Positions 11,096-25,063 of a stretch of DNA of 64,000 nucleotides are shown one piece after another. Made by a program: the position numbers and the translations under genes. The stretch is from Octopus vulgaris (Eukaryota): assembly GCA_951406725.2 (NCBI GenBank), contig OX597831.1:83204001-83268000 (forward strand), given 5' to 3'. The notes under the pieces are model-generated. The model did not search any database and was not told the origin of the DNA. It worked only from the letters and a program-made list of their open reading frames with translations. Positions within the stretch are counted from its first letter, which is position 1; each line of letters begins with the position of its first letter.

Positions 11096-11930
11096 TGTAT
11101 AGATATTAGGTAATGGGTGCTTGGTACTAAAATACACTGGAAAAGATAATGGACAACAATGGGAAGGCAAAGATCCTCTAGGACTTTGACTTCCAGACAG
11201 ACAAGATGTTAGAGCACAGAAGGCTTGATATAGTAGCCTTTAGAAGGGACAACAAGAGTGCCTAATAATCAAAGTGGCAGGGCCAGGAAATCAAAGAACA
11301 AAAAAAGGTCTACAAATATGGAGACCTGAGAATTGAGATCGCCGAGATGTGGCAGCTGTGAGAGTCAAACATAAAGGTTGTTCCTGGTGTCATTGTAGCA
11401 TTAGGTTCAATACCACCCAACCTGAAGAAAGATTTGGACACTTTAGAAATACAATCTTGGTGTATTGCAAAAATCAGCTTTATTTAGAACTACATGCGCA
11501 GGAGTGGCTGTGTGGTAAGTAGCTTGCTTACCAACCACATGGTTCCGGGTTCAGTCCCACTGTGTGGCACCTTGGGCAAGTGTCTTCTACTATAGCCTCG
11601 GGCCGACCAAAGCCTTGTGAGTGGATTTGGTAGACGGAAACTGAAAAGAAGCCCGTCGTATATATGTATAAATATATCTATGTGTGTATTTGTGTGTCTG
11701 TGTTTGTCCCCCTCGCATTGCTTGACAACTGATGCTGGTGTGTTTATGTCCCCATTACTTAGCGGTTCGGCAAAAGAGACCGATAGAATAAGTACTGGGC
11801 TTACAAAAGAATAAGTCCCCGGGGTCGAGTTGCTCGATTAAAGGCGGTGCTCCAGCATGGCAACATTCAAATGACTGAAACAAGTAAAAGAGTAGAGAGT
11901 ACTGCATAAAGAACTGTCTTGTCTGAGTTC
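11096..11930 (+). mobile_element. R4/Dong-like LINE 3' fragment, interrupted by a family A SINE
   Basis: Nucleotide similarity to 31360-31770; translates to KAKIL*DFDFQTDKMLEHRRLDIV, KYGDLRIEIAEMW, VPGVIVALG; the ORF end resumes after 11900. Confidence 0.8.
11496..11900 (+). mobile_element. tRNA-derived SINE family A, well preserved (CORE-like central domain, LINE-derived tail)
   Basis: A-box GTGGCTGTGTGG, B-box GGTTCAGTCCC, GGCACCTTGGGCAAGT core, tail GGCGGTGCTCCAGCATGG...TGACTGAAACAAGTAAAAGAG; about 8 near-full copies in the window. Confidence 0.92.
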
Positions 11931-12289
11931 AGCCATGAGCCCAGTCAATAAAAGTGAACATTACTGAATATTTATTTACAACGGTGACATTCATTAAGAT
12001 TGTAGACTTCTGTAGAAGAACAATTTAATTTCCCTTCAGATTCTTCAATTCTGGTATTGCTAACATTATACAAAGCCAACAAAATCTGTAACAATGAATA
12101 TTATGAAGATTCAGGAAATAAAACAATTATTCTCTACAACATAAAATGGCTTTTTGTTTCATCTAAGAGAGAAAAAATAGAAATTGCACTCGAAAATCTA
12201 TTCCATAAAGATTCCGGAACATAGCAAGGAATGGTAAAAACTTTTGAAAATTCTAGACACACTGGCCTTCCACCTTTGATCTTTTAGTT

Positions 12290-12660
12290 GCTCCAGTCAT
12301 TAGATTGAGGCCATGCTGGGGCACCACCTTGGAGAATGTTTAGTTGAATGAATCAACCCCAGGACTTATTATTTTTTTTTGTGTAACACCTGGTACTTAC
12401 TCCATCGATCACTTTTGCTGAATCACTAAGTTATTGGGACACAAACATAACACCATTTGTCAAATGGTAGGAGGAGGGGCAACTAACACAGACACACACA
12501 TATGATGGGCTTTTTTCAGTTTCTGTCTACCAAATCCACTCACAAGGCCTTGGTCAATCTAAGGCCACAGTAGAAGATATGTGCCCAAGATTCCACGCAG
12601 TAAGACTGAACCCAGAACCATGTGGCTGGGAAGCAAGCTTCTTACCACACAGCCACGCCT
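12290..12660 (-). mobile_element. SINE family A
   Basis: Reverse complement matches 11496-11900. Confidence 0.85.
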
Positions 12661-12774
12661 TAGCACAGCTGCCCCATGGATTTACCAATGGAAGAATCTT
12701 GTCCTTCAACCAGTTTTGTCAACAATGGAATCTGGTATAAGAAAAGTAGATAATGGGGCTGCTATAGGTGCCAC

Positions 12775-13160
12775 ACTATGGCCATGTGTTAAGACGCTTG
12801 CTTCCCAATCACATGGTACTGGGTTCAGTTCCACTGCATGGCATCTTAGGCAGATGTCTCCTACAACAGCCTTGGGCTGAATAAAGCCTTGTGAGTGGAT
12901 TGAGTAGACAGAAACAGAAAGAAGCTCATTGTGTGTGTGTGGGTGTGGGTGTGTTTATGTCCATATCTGTCCCCTCCAGCACTCCTTGACAACCGGTATT
13001 GGTGCATTTATGTTCTTGTAACTTAGCAGTTTGGCAAAGAGACCAATAGAATAAGCTCTAGGCTTAAAAAGAAAATATGTTCTGGGGTCTATTAGTTCAA
13101 CTAAAACTTTCTAGGTAGTGCTCCAGCATGACCACAGTTCAATGACTGAAACAAGTAAAG
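12775..13160 (+). mobile_element. SINE family A
   Basis: Collinear with 11496-11900; head-to-head with the preceding copy. Confidence 0.85.
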
Positions 13161-13944
13161 AAAAAAAGCAAAAGAAAATACGAGTTTAAAAAGTAAAATA
13201 AATTCAGTAACAGAGAAAGATGTAGGAAAATTTGTATTTTTATAGTTTTATTGTGTATTAAAGGTTTAAAAGAAACGATGCTAATAGCAATAATGGGATT
13301 TTGGCATCAGAAGTGATAAAAATGCTAAAGGAAGAGAAAAGTTTTAATCTGCATATCAATCAAATGAGGCACTAATCTTTCACAGCATGGGATACAGGCA
13401 TTTCCTCTTCCTCCTCATCACCTTCTGCCTTGGAAGCCCCTAACTCCATTTCCTCACCTTCTATCTTGTTGTTTATTATGATTATTATTATTGTTATTAT
13501 GATTATTATTGTTATTATTATTATTTTCATTATTGTTATTATAGTAAGACAGTTTATAGATTGACATATATAGTTTACAAGAGAAAAGAATTATAAAAAT
13601 GGTGATAAAAATGTAAATGTTGTCAACACATATTCATAAAAGATAGCTTCAAACAAACGTTGCAGTGTTATATATACATCACAATTATTCACTTCAGGTC
13701 AAACACACTATAGAACATCAATTTTGTTTCCTTTCTCTTCACTTCACTCAGAAATGGCACACACACATGCATGCACGCACGCACACACAAACACACACAC
13801 ACACATACAACTCTAGTCTGCAGTTCAGATTTACTGTCATATTTGATGATATAATGGTATCAGTTTTAGCCTAGTTCACCTTTATGGTTTTATATATATA
13901 TAATATATACACACACACATATCATCATCATAATCCTCATCATT

Positions 13945-14125
13945 ATCATCATTTAATGTCCATTTTCTATGATAGCATGAGTTTGCAGAAGGCTGCACCA
14001 GGCTTCACTGTTTTGGCATGGTTTCTTGGATGCCCTTCCAAATGCCAACCATTATACAGTGTGGACTGGATGCTTATTGTGTGGCACCAGCACTGGCAGG
14101 GTCACCAAATAACTTGCAAGATAAA
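13945..14125 (-). mobile_element. Repeat family D (RTE-type 3' tail ending in (GAT)n)
   Basis: Shares GGATGCCCTTCC..ATGCCAACCA and the CATCATTTAA end with 53970-54270. Confidence 0.7.
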
Positions 14126-15074
14126 GATCCTTTGAGGGGGAAGGGTGTTACAAAGGGACAGAAAAAAGTTTCTGGTTGTAGGGGAATCCCTTCTACAGAG
14201 AGAGAGAGAGAGAGTGCAAGAGATAGAAAGTGCAAGAGAGAGAGAGAGTGATCGAGAATGAGAGAGAGAGTGCAAGAGAGAGAGGGGGAGAGTGATCGAA
14301 AATGAGAGAGAAGAGAGCAAGAGAGTGAGAATGCAAGAGAGAGAGTGGGACAGAGAGTTGGGTAGAAAAGTGTCAAGGCAGGGCATCGTCTTAAGGTAAG
14401 GGGTTCAGAATATGAATGGGATGGTAGAGTATTGCCAAGGGTGCATGAGTAGGGAGTTCACATGAATGCAAAGAGCGTGGGGGTGGAAAATGCAGTGACT
14501 GGTGGGTGAAACGTGAAGGTAGGGGTCAACAGGATAGCAATGATACAGGGTGTAGGGCAGTGAGGATAGGATTGGGGAGTGAAAGATAAGCGCATGGAAA
14601 AGAGGAGGAGGAGGAGGAGGAGATGTAGTTTGATTTGTTGGGTGAAGGTGCAAGAAGTTCTATTGCTACATGGAGGTGGAACACACAGCATTTCCACAAT
14701 TCAGTTTCACTGAAGTGGGCGCATCTTCTCAAGACATCTCAGTCAATTGTCATCTCCTCTGTAAGGCCCAGCTTCTTATAGGTTGCCCTGACTAAACAAT
14801 AGTTGCTCATGTGTTGGAATTGACAGGGGAGTCCACCATATGTGTGCATGTGAATACATAAATAAATATTAGGGAATATAACTCCAAACTTACAGGGGAA
14901 AATTCAATTTAGTATTAAATCCAATTTCACAATATAAATATAAGTCTTTTTACTTATATAATGTTTAGTTATTTTTTGTGATCTAGATATATGTTTTATA
15001 ATATATTATATTTTTTCTATGATATGGTTTATATCTATCATTGCTTGAATTGCATAATAGTGGTTTTTCTCTAA

Positions 15075-15113
<39 letters not shown>

Positions 15114-15267
15114 AGAAAGTGTTTTGGCATAAAACTTTCAATCCTTGAGTAACTTCTGTAGTATTTCCAGCTAATAAAGAAATATATACCATTCTGCTTA
15201 ATATATTCAGTTCTCTGTCACCTGTTTGTAAAACCAAATCCACCCATCCCTCTACCTGTAGATCTGC

Positions 15268-15325
<58 letters not shown>

Positions 15326-16129
15326 CAAACACATCCCAAGCTTTCGTTTGTTTCAGTCATTGGATAGCAGCCCTGCTGGTGATCGACTTTAATGTGTTTA
15401 GTCATCATTAGTCACAACTCCAGGATTTATTTTATCAATGCCAGTACAGAAAAGAAAACAGAGGGAATTTCTTTAGGAACATGCAATACAGATGTATGTA
15501 TGTCACGCAGAGAGAGAAAAATCATAAATAACTTGTTCAGCATCAAACTTAAAACCAAATCACAATTAACACGAGGTAATATCAAAGATTTTCATAAAAT
15601 TTAACAAAGTAAAAACATTGGTGTCTCCTGAATTTAAATCACTGAATTATGTCATAGCAATATTGTTCAAGGACAATGGTGTCCCTTAATTTAACCCTTA
15701 ATATTGATGACAAGAGATAGCAGTTGTAGTCAAACACCCCAATTCTAATTCACATCAACCTTTGACAACAATTACAATGGCTGTCAGATGGTGAGAGTTG
15801 AAATATTGTCTTAGCTGGCTGCATTACTGTAGGTTAGGGGACACTTAAGCCACAAGAATATTTACAAGCCATAGATGAAACCCCAGGAATAGATCATTTC
15901 TGTTTTTGTTCACCTAGAAATAAATAAGTCCTTTCTTCTGAACGTGAGTGCAAAGAGGGAATGTCCCAGATTTGAGGCAGTAAGAACTGTTTATTTTGCT
16001 GTCCAATCAGCTGTTCATTTCATGCTTGAATGTCAAATTCTAATAAAGTACTTACTTCAACAGGTCATGTAAATATAACAACACAGGCCCATGCCTCGTT
16101 GCCACCTTTTCATCTAACTCCTACACATG

Positions 16130-16966
16130 TCTGCAGACTCAGAACACAAAATCTTTGACTCCGAATCACTGCAACTCCACACTGTGATTAAACTAAACAT
16201 CTTTTTCTTAAACTGATTGAGAAAATGGACAATGTAAATCATCAGGCTTCACAATAAGTCCCCTAATTTGTAGAAATAGGAGTTTAAAGCATCGAATTTT
16301 GCCACTGTGGCTTTTTAAAATAGTTTTTTTTTATTACAGTAACAACCAATTAAGCAAAAGATCAAACTTGTTTTGTCAAAAGACTAAAAAAATAAATTAT
16401 AAGAATACTATAAAAGGAAATCAGGAACATCTTTATTTACCATTTCAAAAATCTCAAGAACTTCAAAACTGAACACCAAAAACAACTATAAAAAAATAAC
16501 CAAAGAAATAAACTATATTAAGATACATAAGTCTACCTTTTTCAGATTAAAACATTAATGGAACATAATACTGAAATGAATGTAAGAAGAAAGATTACAT
16601 TACAAACGGCAATTGCGAAAGATTGGAGAGTTTATCACAACAAACTTTCTTTTAAAAAGATTGTTTCTATAGAACTGAGATTAAACCAAACATCTAAATC
16701 TAAAACCAACATCTTGTTCTTAGAATTTCTTCAATTGTTCTTAGAATTGCTTCCTTCATACAAACCTTTTACTCAAATTAGTCTCTGCTATAAAATTAAT
16801 TAAATTAATATCTGATTAATATCTGTGAAACTGGAAATTTTAATGCATTATTACATTTTGTCTGAGTTGGAGTCAGTACATTTTTACTTACTCCAGTTCC
16901 ACTGATAATTGGTTTGCAACTTTGACTCCATGACTCCCACTCAGTGACTCTCACCCCACAACCCTG
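16130..16966. mobile_element. Possible non-autonomous hAT-like element with GACTCC subterminal repeats
   Basis: Clusters of GACTCC/GGAGTC near both ends; right end CACAACCCTG. Left boundary uncertain. Confidence 0.3.
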
Positions 16967-17525
16967 CTCCTAATGCATCAGATAGAGATATGGACATTAG
17001 TATATAACAAAGAGAAAGAAACCTAGGACTGTATGTCCGTAAGATATATGGGTTCTAGGTTCAAACCCAGAGAAAATGTGTGTGTGAGGGTGTGCACGCA
17101 TGCCTGCACATGTGCATGCATGCATGCACAGGAAGAAGCACTTGAGGAAAGTCAAAGAATATTTAATGGTGGTTCCCCAGCATGGCCACACCCTCTGACT
17201 GAAACAATCAAAAGTAATATACTAGCAAAAATATGATGAAGAAAAAGAAGAAAACATTTAAAAAATGATGTCATTAGTGTAAGAAAGATTAATTTCAGAA
17301 TTGTAGATTTTAAAATTGTCAATAAAGGAGCCATTCCAAAATGCTATTCCAGAACCATGTAGATTTGGGTAAATAACACAAGAACCGAAACAAAAGAAGA
17401 TGATGCTGAAGATGATGATGATAAAGAGAGGGAAGGCTCTGAGAATGGTAATGAACAGAGGAACCATTACAGGAAATTAACCCATTCCCATCACATAACT
17501 GAATTAATTAGAGAAATTGTTATTG

Positions 17526-17740
17526 AGGCAATGAACTGGTAGCATCGTTAGCATGCTGGGCAAAATGTATGGTGGTATTTCACCCGTCACTACGTTCTGA
17601 GTTCAGATTCCGTTAAGGTCGACTTTGCTTTTCATCCTTTCGGGATCGATTAAATAAGTACCAGTTATGCACTGCGGCTGATGTAATCGACTCAATCCCT
17701 TCCCCCAAATTTGAGGCCTTGTGCTTTCAGCAGAAAGGAC
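17526..17740 (+). mobile_element. tRNA-derived SINE family B (Meta-domain-like), full length
   Basis: GAGTTCAGATTCC B-box; GTCGACTTTGCTTTTCATCCTTTCGGGATCGATTAAATAAGTACCAG; runs into an (ATT)n tail. Confidence 0.85.
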
Positions 17741-17784
17741 TATTATTATTATTATCATTATTATTATCATTATTATTATCATTG

Positions 17785-17836
<52 letters not shown>

Positions 17837-17902
17837 CATTATTATTATTATTATCATTATTATTATTATTATCATTATTATTATTATTATCATTATTATT
17901 AT
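17741..17902. repeat. (ATT)n/(ATC) microsatellite
   Basis: Direct. Confidence 0.95.
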
Positions 17903-19130
17903 TTCCTTTACATCTGTTTTCCGTCCTCTTTCTTGTTAACTCTCTCTTTCTCTGGCAAAGTAACCATGGATCTCCTCTGCAGCAAGACACCTGTTTCTGT
18001 CTCTCTTGTCACAAGATACCCTCCTCCAATTCCCCCTCTCTTCTCAAAGACTCCTTGTCTTACAAAGTTACTTGGTGACCCTGCCAGTGCAGGTGCCAGT
18101 CCAGTCCACACTGTAAAGATGAGACAAACTGCATGTTAGGATGCAATCAAATTCAAAACAGCAAAAGGCCAATATGAATAAAGGACATAAAGTTTCCCTT
18201 AGGCTTCCAGGTTGATTAGGCTAGTGCTTATCCTGGTTTCAGATGGCTAAGCCATTGAAATTACTAGACACTCCACATCTTGAATGGGACACCAGACTGG
18301 CCAAGGGTAATCCCCACCCTGCCACTCTACCTGTTGCTGCTGTTGCTCATTTTCAACTGAATAGACAGAAACAACATAAAATAAAGTTCTCTGTCCAAGG
18401 ACAATAGTGCTTCACCCGGTTCAGGAATTGAACCCATGACCTAATGATTATGAATCCAACACCCAAACTGCCAGGCTATGCACCCTCACCATAACACATA
18501 CAAAGACATGGCTCAATCATGTTTTCCCAAGTTCAATCTCAATGTGCAACAGCTTGAGTAACTGGCCCAGTGCCAACCAATAGCATGTGAGTTTGGTGCA
18601 TAGAATGGCTGCAAAGCTGGTCATGTGTATGTGTGCGTATTTGAGTGTGCAAACACACAAATGCAAGTTTGTGTGACTGTCTATATTTTGTGCTTTGTGT
18701 GAACAACATCTGAGCCACAAAAGGTGAAGTCTATTGTTCTTCTTTGTCAACAAGTCTTCTGCTAGTTCTACACTTCCAAAGACATGTGGAAAATTCCTTA
18801 CATAAAAAACAGATAAAGGTTAGTGACAGGAAGGACATCAAGCTGTTAAACAGGGCCTCAGTGTGTGTTTAACCCATGCAGGTATGAAAAAATGGATGTA
18901 AAATGAATGAATAGTCAAATGAACAAACTGCAGACCTATCCAACTCATTCAAACATATAAATTAACATAATGAGAGTAATTTGCACAAAGTAGTTTTTTT
19001 TTTAATCTCAATTATATGTCATATATAAATCTTTCATCCTGTTGTCACAAAAAACCTTCATTCAAGTTGTAGATTTATTTCTATAAATCTACCATTATTT
19101 TCTATCCTTTCCATCTTCAATGTTCTAAAC

Positions 19131-19381
19131 AAGTGGTTCTCAAACCATGTTTGCCAGTGGATCCCTTTCGTTCCTGCTTTAGTCTACTCCATTCAATGTT
19201 TTAAAAATTTCTATTATTAAACTTTCATCATTAAATATTATTAGGAACAAGTATGAAAAAGCAGCTAAAATACTTTGTGTATTATAGATGTACATAACCA
19301 ATTTGCTGCACATAATTTTTAAGGAACAAAAATCTTATATAGACCCCTAAGGGTTATATGGACTGCAGCTGAGATCCACTA
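19131..19381. mobile_element. Probable hAT (Charlie-like) MITE
   Basis: Termini AGTGGTTCTCAA ... CTGAGATCCACT resemble CAGTGGTTCTCAA/TTGAGAACCACTG TIRs; about 250 bp. Confidence 0.5.
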
Positions 19382-21099
19382 AACATCTGAAGAGCATTGA
19401 TCCAACTTCAATTTTTGGTTAATGCTTCTTTAAGAATTCAACAGAAACTTGAAATGATTGAATGGAAATGGTTGATACATTTGTAGAAGCCGAGACTAAA
19501 CGTCTTTATGTATACAAACATCAGTAATTTGTGAGTTCAAATCCTAATAGAAAAACTGTTTTCTCTGAACATAACATTAAAATAAAAAATTTATCAGCCA
19601 TGAGTTAGTAAGACCTTTCACGCACAATAACTAAAAATTCATTCAAACTCAAATTATTTCAAGAAATTAATTTGGTAAATTTAAATATCATAAAGTCCCA
19701 AGGAGAATTAAATATGCAATATACAGAATATTCCTTGTCTACTGTATTCAAAATCAGACTGTTCCCACTGCAATGACTTTCTCTAATTATATTAATTAAG
19801 TTAAAAACTATTCATATTTATTGTCCAGTCATTACAGTAAAAATTAAGCCTTTGTCCATCTCCATGAAATTCTTTGATGAGTGGAACCAGTCTCAATGTT
19901 CTCTCTGCTTCCATCTGAAAATTTCATCTCAATGCAATAAATGTTTACACTAATGAATTGTTCCTCCCCATGGTACTTATTTACAGTTAGTTGATAAGAT
20001 GCCAATAATATAGTAGTACAGTGACACAAGAGAATATTTAAAGCAGTTTACTCCAATGCAACACTGTTGACTTTTGTAAAAGTAAAAGAAATGGAAAAGA
20101 AAAACTTCAATCTGCTGCTACCATGATTTCTTTAAATAAGCATGAAAGTTAAAGCAAGAGAATTAAAGAAGTTTGCACAAGAAAACAATGGTTGCAGTGT
20201 GATGTATCTGGAATTCCAGGTTGGAATGACAACTGAAAGCCACTTCCATTCTCAATATTATAAACTCAGCGGGAGAGAATTTATTCTCATTATTTTAATA
20301 TCTGTTTATCTATTCACATCTCTAGTAACTCTCTAGACATCACATGACAATGAACAATATGCCAAAGAGCTTAATGGTGTGGAAAATGGTAAATATATAT
20401 TTTAGTTTAAAACAGACTAAATTACAGAATTATATAAAATGATTTTCCTATTAATTTTTAAAACCTATTCTTTGTATAAATAATAGAACTACAAAAGTGT
20501 CATTGGATGTACGAAACCTCTTTCGAGTAATGACAATTTGACAACTTCTCATCATTACCAAATAATTCTTTCGTTTTAGAAAAGAAAAGAAACAGGAAAA
20601 AAAAAAAAAGAAAACACTTAAAAATATAACAGCAAAAACAGACAATTGGAAAAAAGTGTTTCAAACAACAATTTTTAATGTAGCCATAGAAATCTATAAG
20701 ACTTAACAAAGCTTTTTACATAAGAATACATAATAATCATTTTTACATTATAATAGTTGCAACCATCTACATACATACATACATACATACATACATACAT
20801 ACATACATACATACATACATACATACATGCATACATATGTATGGGGTGGGGGAGATATTAAAAAGTCAACAAGAAATGAAGAATAAAGAATGACTGAGAA
20901 ACAAATATTTGAAGAGAGGCAAAAAATAAACATTCTTTATAAAATCATTGAAAAAACTGAAAATTTGTTCACCTTTGCTTAAGTGTGAGAACAAAACTAA
21001 TTTCTAACTATTATTGGGTTGTTGAAGCAGCAGCCATTTAGGATTTGTGATATTTTGTGGTAAATAGCAGTTCTTGATAAGATTACTGATGAAGGCTAG

Positions 21100-21510
21100 G
21101 AAACACAAATAATAATCAACCCACCATGCCTGTTTGATTCCAGGGTCGTAAAGAAAGAGGATGAAAAACAAAATAAAAATGCAATCCCTTGAAATTTGAA
21201 ATAGGAAGAACTTGTAGCATGTGAACAGTAAAGGCCCTCTTGCTTATAATAATTGATGCGTTGGGAAGAGTAAGCCAAGATATAGAGAAATGGCTGAAGG
21301 AGATTGAAGTAGAATGCTCAGTAGAGCTCCTACAGTGAGTTTGCCTCTTAGGAACAGCAAGGATTATCAGGAGGGTTCTCAGCACTGGAAAGACTGCTGA
21401 AAACTTGTAGATACCTAAGGTTATAGGTAGTAACCTGCTACCCACATATATCCTACCAAGAATAAGGCTGAACCTGAGCCAAATCAGAAAAATAATTATA
21501 CTAATAATGA
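21100..21510 (+). mobile_element. R4/Dong-like LINE extreme 3' fragment
   Basis: ALGRVSQDIEKWLKEIEVECSVELLQ*VCLLGTARIIRRVL at about 21258-21380; ends in a short AAT/GAT tract. Confidence 0.75.
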
Positions 21511-21529
21511 TGATTTCTTCTTTTTGGCC

Positions 21530-23420
21530 GCAAGGGCCCAAAACATGGAGGACAATAACAAATGACAAGATACAACACACAACACAGGTTTACATCAATC
21601 AAAGGGAGACCCTACATCAAAGAATATAACAAAGGATATATAAATACAAGTTAGAGAAATAAATAATAAATAAATAAATAAATAAGATCCCGAAGAGCAG
21701 AGCATTCCACTTTGGATAATTCAGGGTAAATCCCAAGCAAAAATCCCCAGATTACAATCCCCAAGGCATGGGAAGTGCCCACTTGCAGTTTCTTTCCTCC
21801 TGCCAAGAAAAGCATAATCAGAGTCGACCCATTCTGTCTCACCAGCCTCGCTACTCTTGGCCCATCTTTTGATAAACACACTAGATGGCAGCATCTCCGT
21901 CTCCACCCTCACCTTCCTCTTCAAATAATATTTGAAGAAATTGATGAGAGTTTGGCTGGATAGGAAAGTGCCTGTCTTCAAACCTTTCAGACTGGTCCGT
22001 CACACCTCTCTTTTGCCACAGACACTAAGCAGAGAAAGATTTGCCTTCCTTCACTGTTAAAGGAAGGCAATACATTGATCTTCACAATAAACTTGGTGGA
22101 CAGTTGAATTTATCTTACACGAGACAGCAGCTGCTCAACACAAGTCCACAAGTCTTTAATTCACAGGTACTGAATGATGGCATGATGGACAGTTTCATCC
22201 CCTGTGTGCATTTCAGGCAGGTTCAGCTGTTGGCACTTCCATGCCTGAAGAGCTTACCTCAAACAGGCAATGATCTCCCATAGCATTGCCATGTGCAAGG
22301 CTTTTGGAAATTGTCCAAGATCTTTGACCAGAGAGTCCTCCAAAAAACACCATTCACACTGATCTCGTCAATACCCAAAGTCAATCCAAGGCCACCATCG
22401 CACACACACTCAACTATTCCCCTATAGAAATCTTGGGTTGTTTTCCCACTAATGACTTTGTCCAGCTCATACAATTCAGTGAGTGCCTAGCAACATTCGA
22501 GATGGCAAATGCCCAATCATGGACCCATGACTGCAGTTCCATCAATGAGACGAGCAGCAGAAAGAAGGACATCCACACCCGTCCACTCTTGTTCTCATCC
22601 CCGCAATTCCCACCATCACAGTGATCTAGACAGGTGATCTGCAGGTGTGTCAGCTTCAATGTGTGGCACTGCATCACCAAGGATGGCATTGCAAGACTAT
22701 CACAGAGTGGGTGTTGACAGTAGAGGAACTTTCTGACCAGTGGAACTTGACCCTTTCAAAAGAATCCCCAAAGCAAATGCTCCAACCTGGTTAGAGTTTT
22801 CTTGGGACAAGGTACAATGGCTAGTCAGTAGTACACTACTGAGGGGATGTATGCATTCACTACTTACACCTGGCCTTTCAGAGATACCTTTTTTATTATC
22901 CATTTCCGGGTGAGCTTGGCCACCCTGACCGTGACCTCTTTCCATTTCCTATCTACTTGGAGATCTGGCCTGAACCAGACTCCAAACACTTTCATTGGAT
23001 CCTCTGTCCAGCAGCTGAAATTGCCACTAGTCCACACGGACTTGCCTCTCCAAGAGACAAGTTGCAACCGACTGATTTGTTCTGGTTTATGTCTGCGGCT
23101 GTACATGCCTGATATTCTTTCAGTACAGAGTTAATCATTTCTATATTTGAAGAGTTTGACACCATGACAGCGACGTTGTCTGCATATGCAGACACAGCTC
23201 TCTTGTGGACAAGTTCCAGCGGGATACCTTTGAAATTCTTCAGCCTTCACAGCACAGGTTCTAATGCTAAAACATATAAAAGCAAGGAGAGGAGGCATTC
23301 TTGGTGAATAAAGCATTCAATACTGAAAAGTTCCGAGAGGTGGCCATTTAATTTAATGACTGAGCAGATGCCATTCAAGATGGGACTAAAACTGACAGCT
23401 TTTAGAACAGCCCCCAGATA
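21530..23420 (-). mobile_element. L1/Tx1-like LINE remnant (RT and C-terminal region)
   Basis: Minus-strand translation SVIKLNGHLSELFSIECFIHQECLLSLLLYVLALEP (degenerate V.NG...RQGCPLSPLL...LEP), SAYADNVAV, INQNKS, KVFGVWF; many stops. Confidence 0.8.
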
Positions 23421-23424
23421 GTGG

Positions 23425-23594
23425 GGGGAAGGGGTAAGATGAGAACATCAGCCCCAGCACTCAACTGCTACTTATTTTATTCATTCCAAAAGAATGAAAA
23501 GCAAAGTCAACCCAAGCAGAATTTGAACTCGGTGAGTAATGGGTAAAACGCCATCAAAGCATTTTGTCAAGCAAGCTAACAATACTGCCAGCTC
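23425..23594 (-). mobile_element. SINE family B
   Basis: Reverse-complement similarity to 17526-17740, including the GAGCTGGCAG head. Confidence 0.75.
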
Positions 23595-24362
23595 AACATG
23601 TAAACGACAACAACAAAATGAAACCATTGATCATATTGTCTCCAAATGCAGTCTTCTTGCACCAACAGAGTATCTCAACAGGCATGATAGAGCTGCACAA
23701 TATATTCCCTGAGTAATTTGCAAAAACCTGGACTTGCCCCATGATAAAAACTGGTGGGAACACAATCCACTTCCAGTGCTTGAAAATGATCACATCTCAC
23801 TCCTCTGGAACTTCACCATTCAAACTAACAGAAAGATAGATGCAAATAGGCCAGACATCATATTGAAAGACTTCAGACAAAGAACATGCCTCTTCATTGA
23901 TATGACTGTCCCAATCGATATAAACGTATCTGTGAAGACCTACCAAAAACTGAGCAAATATAAAGATCTTGAAATAGAAATCAGCAAAATGTGGAACCTG
24001 AAGACTAAAACAATACCTGTTGTCATAGGTGCCCTGGGAAAGATAGCAAAAGGAGCTGATTGCTACCTAGCTCAGATACCAGGAAACCACAAAATGGAAG
24101 AAGTTCAAAAGATAGCGCTCATGAGAACTGCCCATATCCTATGTAAAATACTTTCTATGTAATCTCAAATTTGAAAACAAACACATAATTTTCTTATGGT
24201 TTCTTAAACCTTCACTACTACAACACTAAGTACAAAACCAAATATGTGGCACCCTAGGCATAACACCAACATGAACTTCCAACTTGTCTCTTGAGGTCTC
24301 TGGGTGAGACATGGAGCCAACTTGTACAGATGTAAAGCCAAAGTCAAACAAATAATAATAAT
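23595..24362 (+). mobile_element. R4/Dong-like LINE 3' fragment (CCHC + RLE) with 3' UTR and (AAT) tail
   Basis: ETIDHIVSKC, RHDRAA, LLWNFTIQTNRKIDANRPDIILKD...IDMTVP...KLSKYKDLEIEI...IPVVIGALG (ORF 23734-24162). Confidence 0.92.
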
Positions 24363-24958
24363 AACAACAACAATGTTGTGAGTGGTTGTACAAGAGTCAT
24401 ACTTAAAATGAAAGATCTTAGCTATGCATCATGGTGATGACTTGCCCTAATACTTCCATAGTTAACAGCTCCAATTAGAAATAGCTTTGCCTTTAGTTGA
24501 GGGCAGTCATGAGTGCTGAGTACAATGACCTTTGTTGTAGCAGAGGAATCAGTCCCAATTTTAAATCCCACATAGATAAATTATCCTTTAAATAGTTTAG
24601 TCAAAGAAGGTAGATCAGCAGCCATAAGCTTTTTGCAGGGTTGTATAAGATTGGCAGCAAGTGGAGGGAAATTCTCTTGAAACCAGAGGATCAAAACCAA
24701 ATGTTTACAATAAAGATTTTGTTAAAGGAACCTAAAGACTAAGTTGCAGAATGCAGATGCTAAATCCACAGACTACAGAATACATAACCATTGGCTGCAG
24801 AGTGTGGAAGCTAAATACATAGACCAGTGTGTCGATGCTGGTTAGATATACCACAGTGTGAAAGTGCTCTCCATCCCTCTGGGATGGATAAAAAGTACCA
24901 GTTATATACTGGGATTGATCCAATCCATATAACTTTGCGGTCTCATGCCAATATAACA

Positions 24959-25063
<105 letters not shown>

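Noticed and set aside
13375-13468. Minus-strand acidic peptide KIEGEEMELGASKAEGDEEEEEMPVSHAVKD
   Set aside because: Short, low complexity, no clear splice acceptor or homology.
17603-18139. Poly-I, poly-Y, poly-L and poly-N ORFs
   Set aside because: Trinucleotide repeat translations.
19844-19915. Possible minus-strand exon after TTTTCAG (MEAERTLRLVPLIKEFHGDGQ)
   Set aside because: No canonical donor and no recognisable protein similarity.
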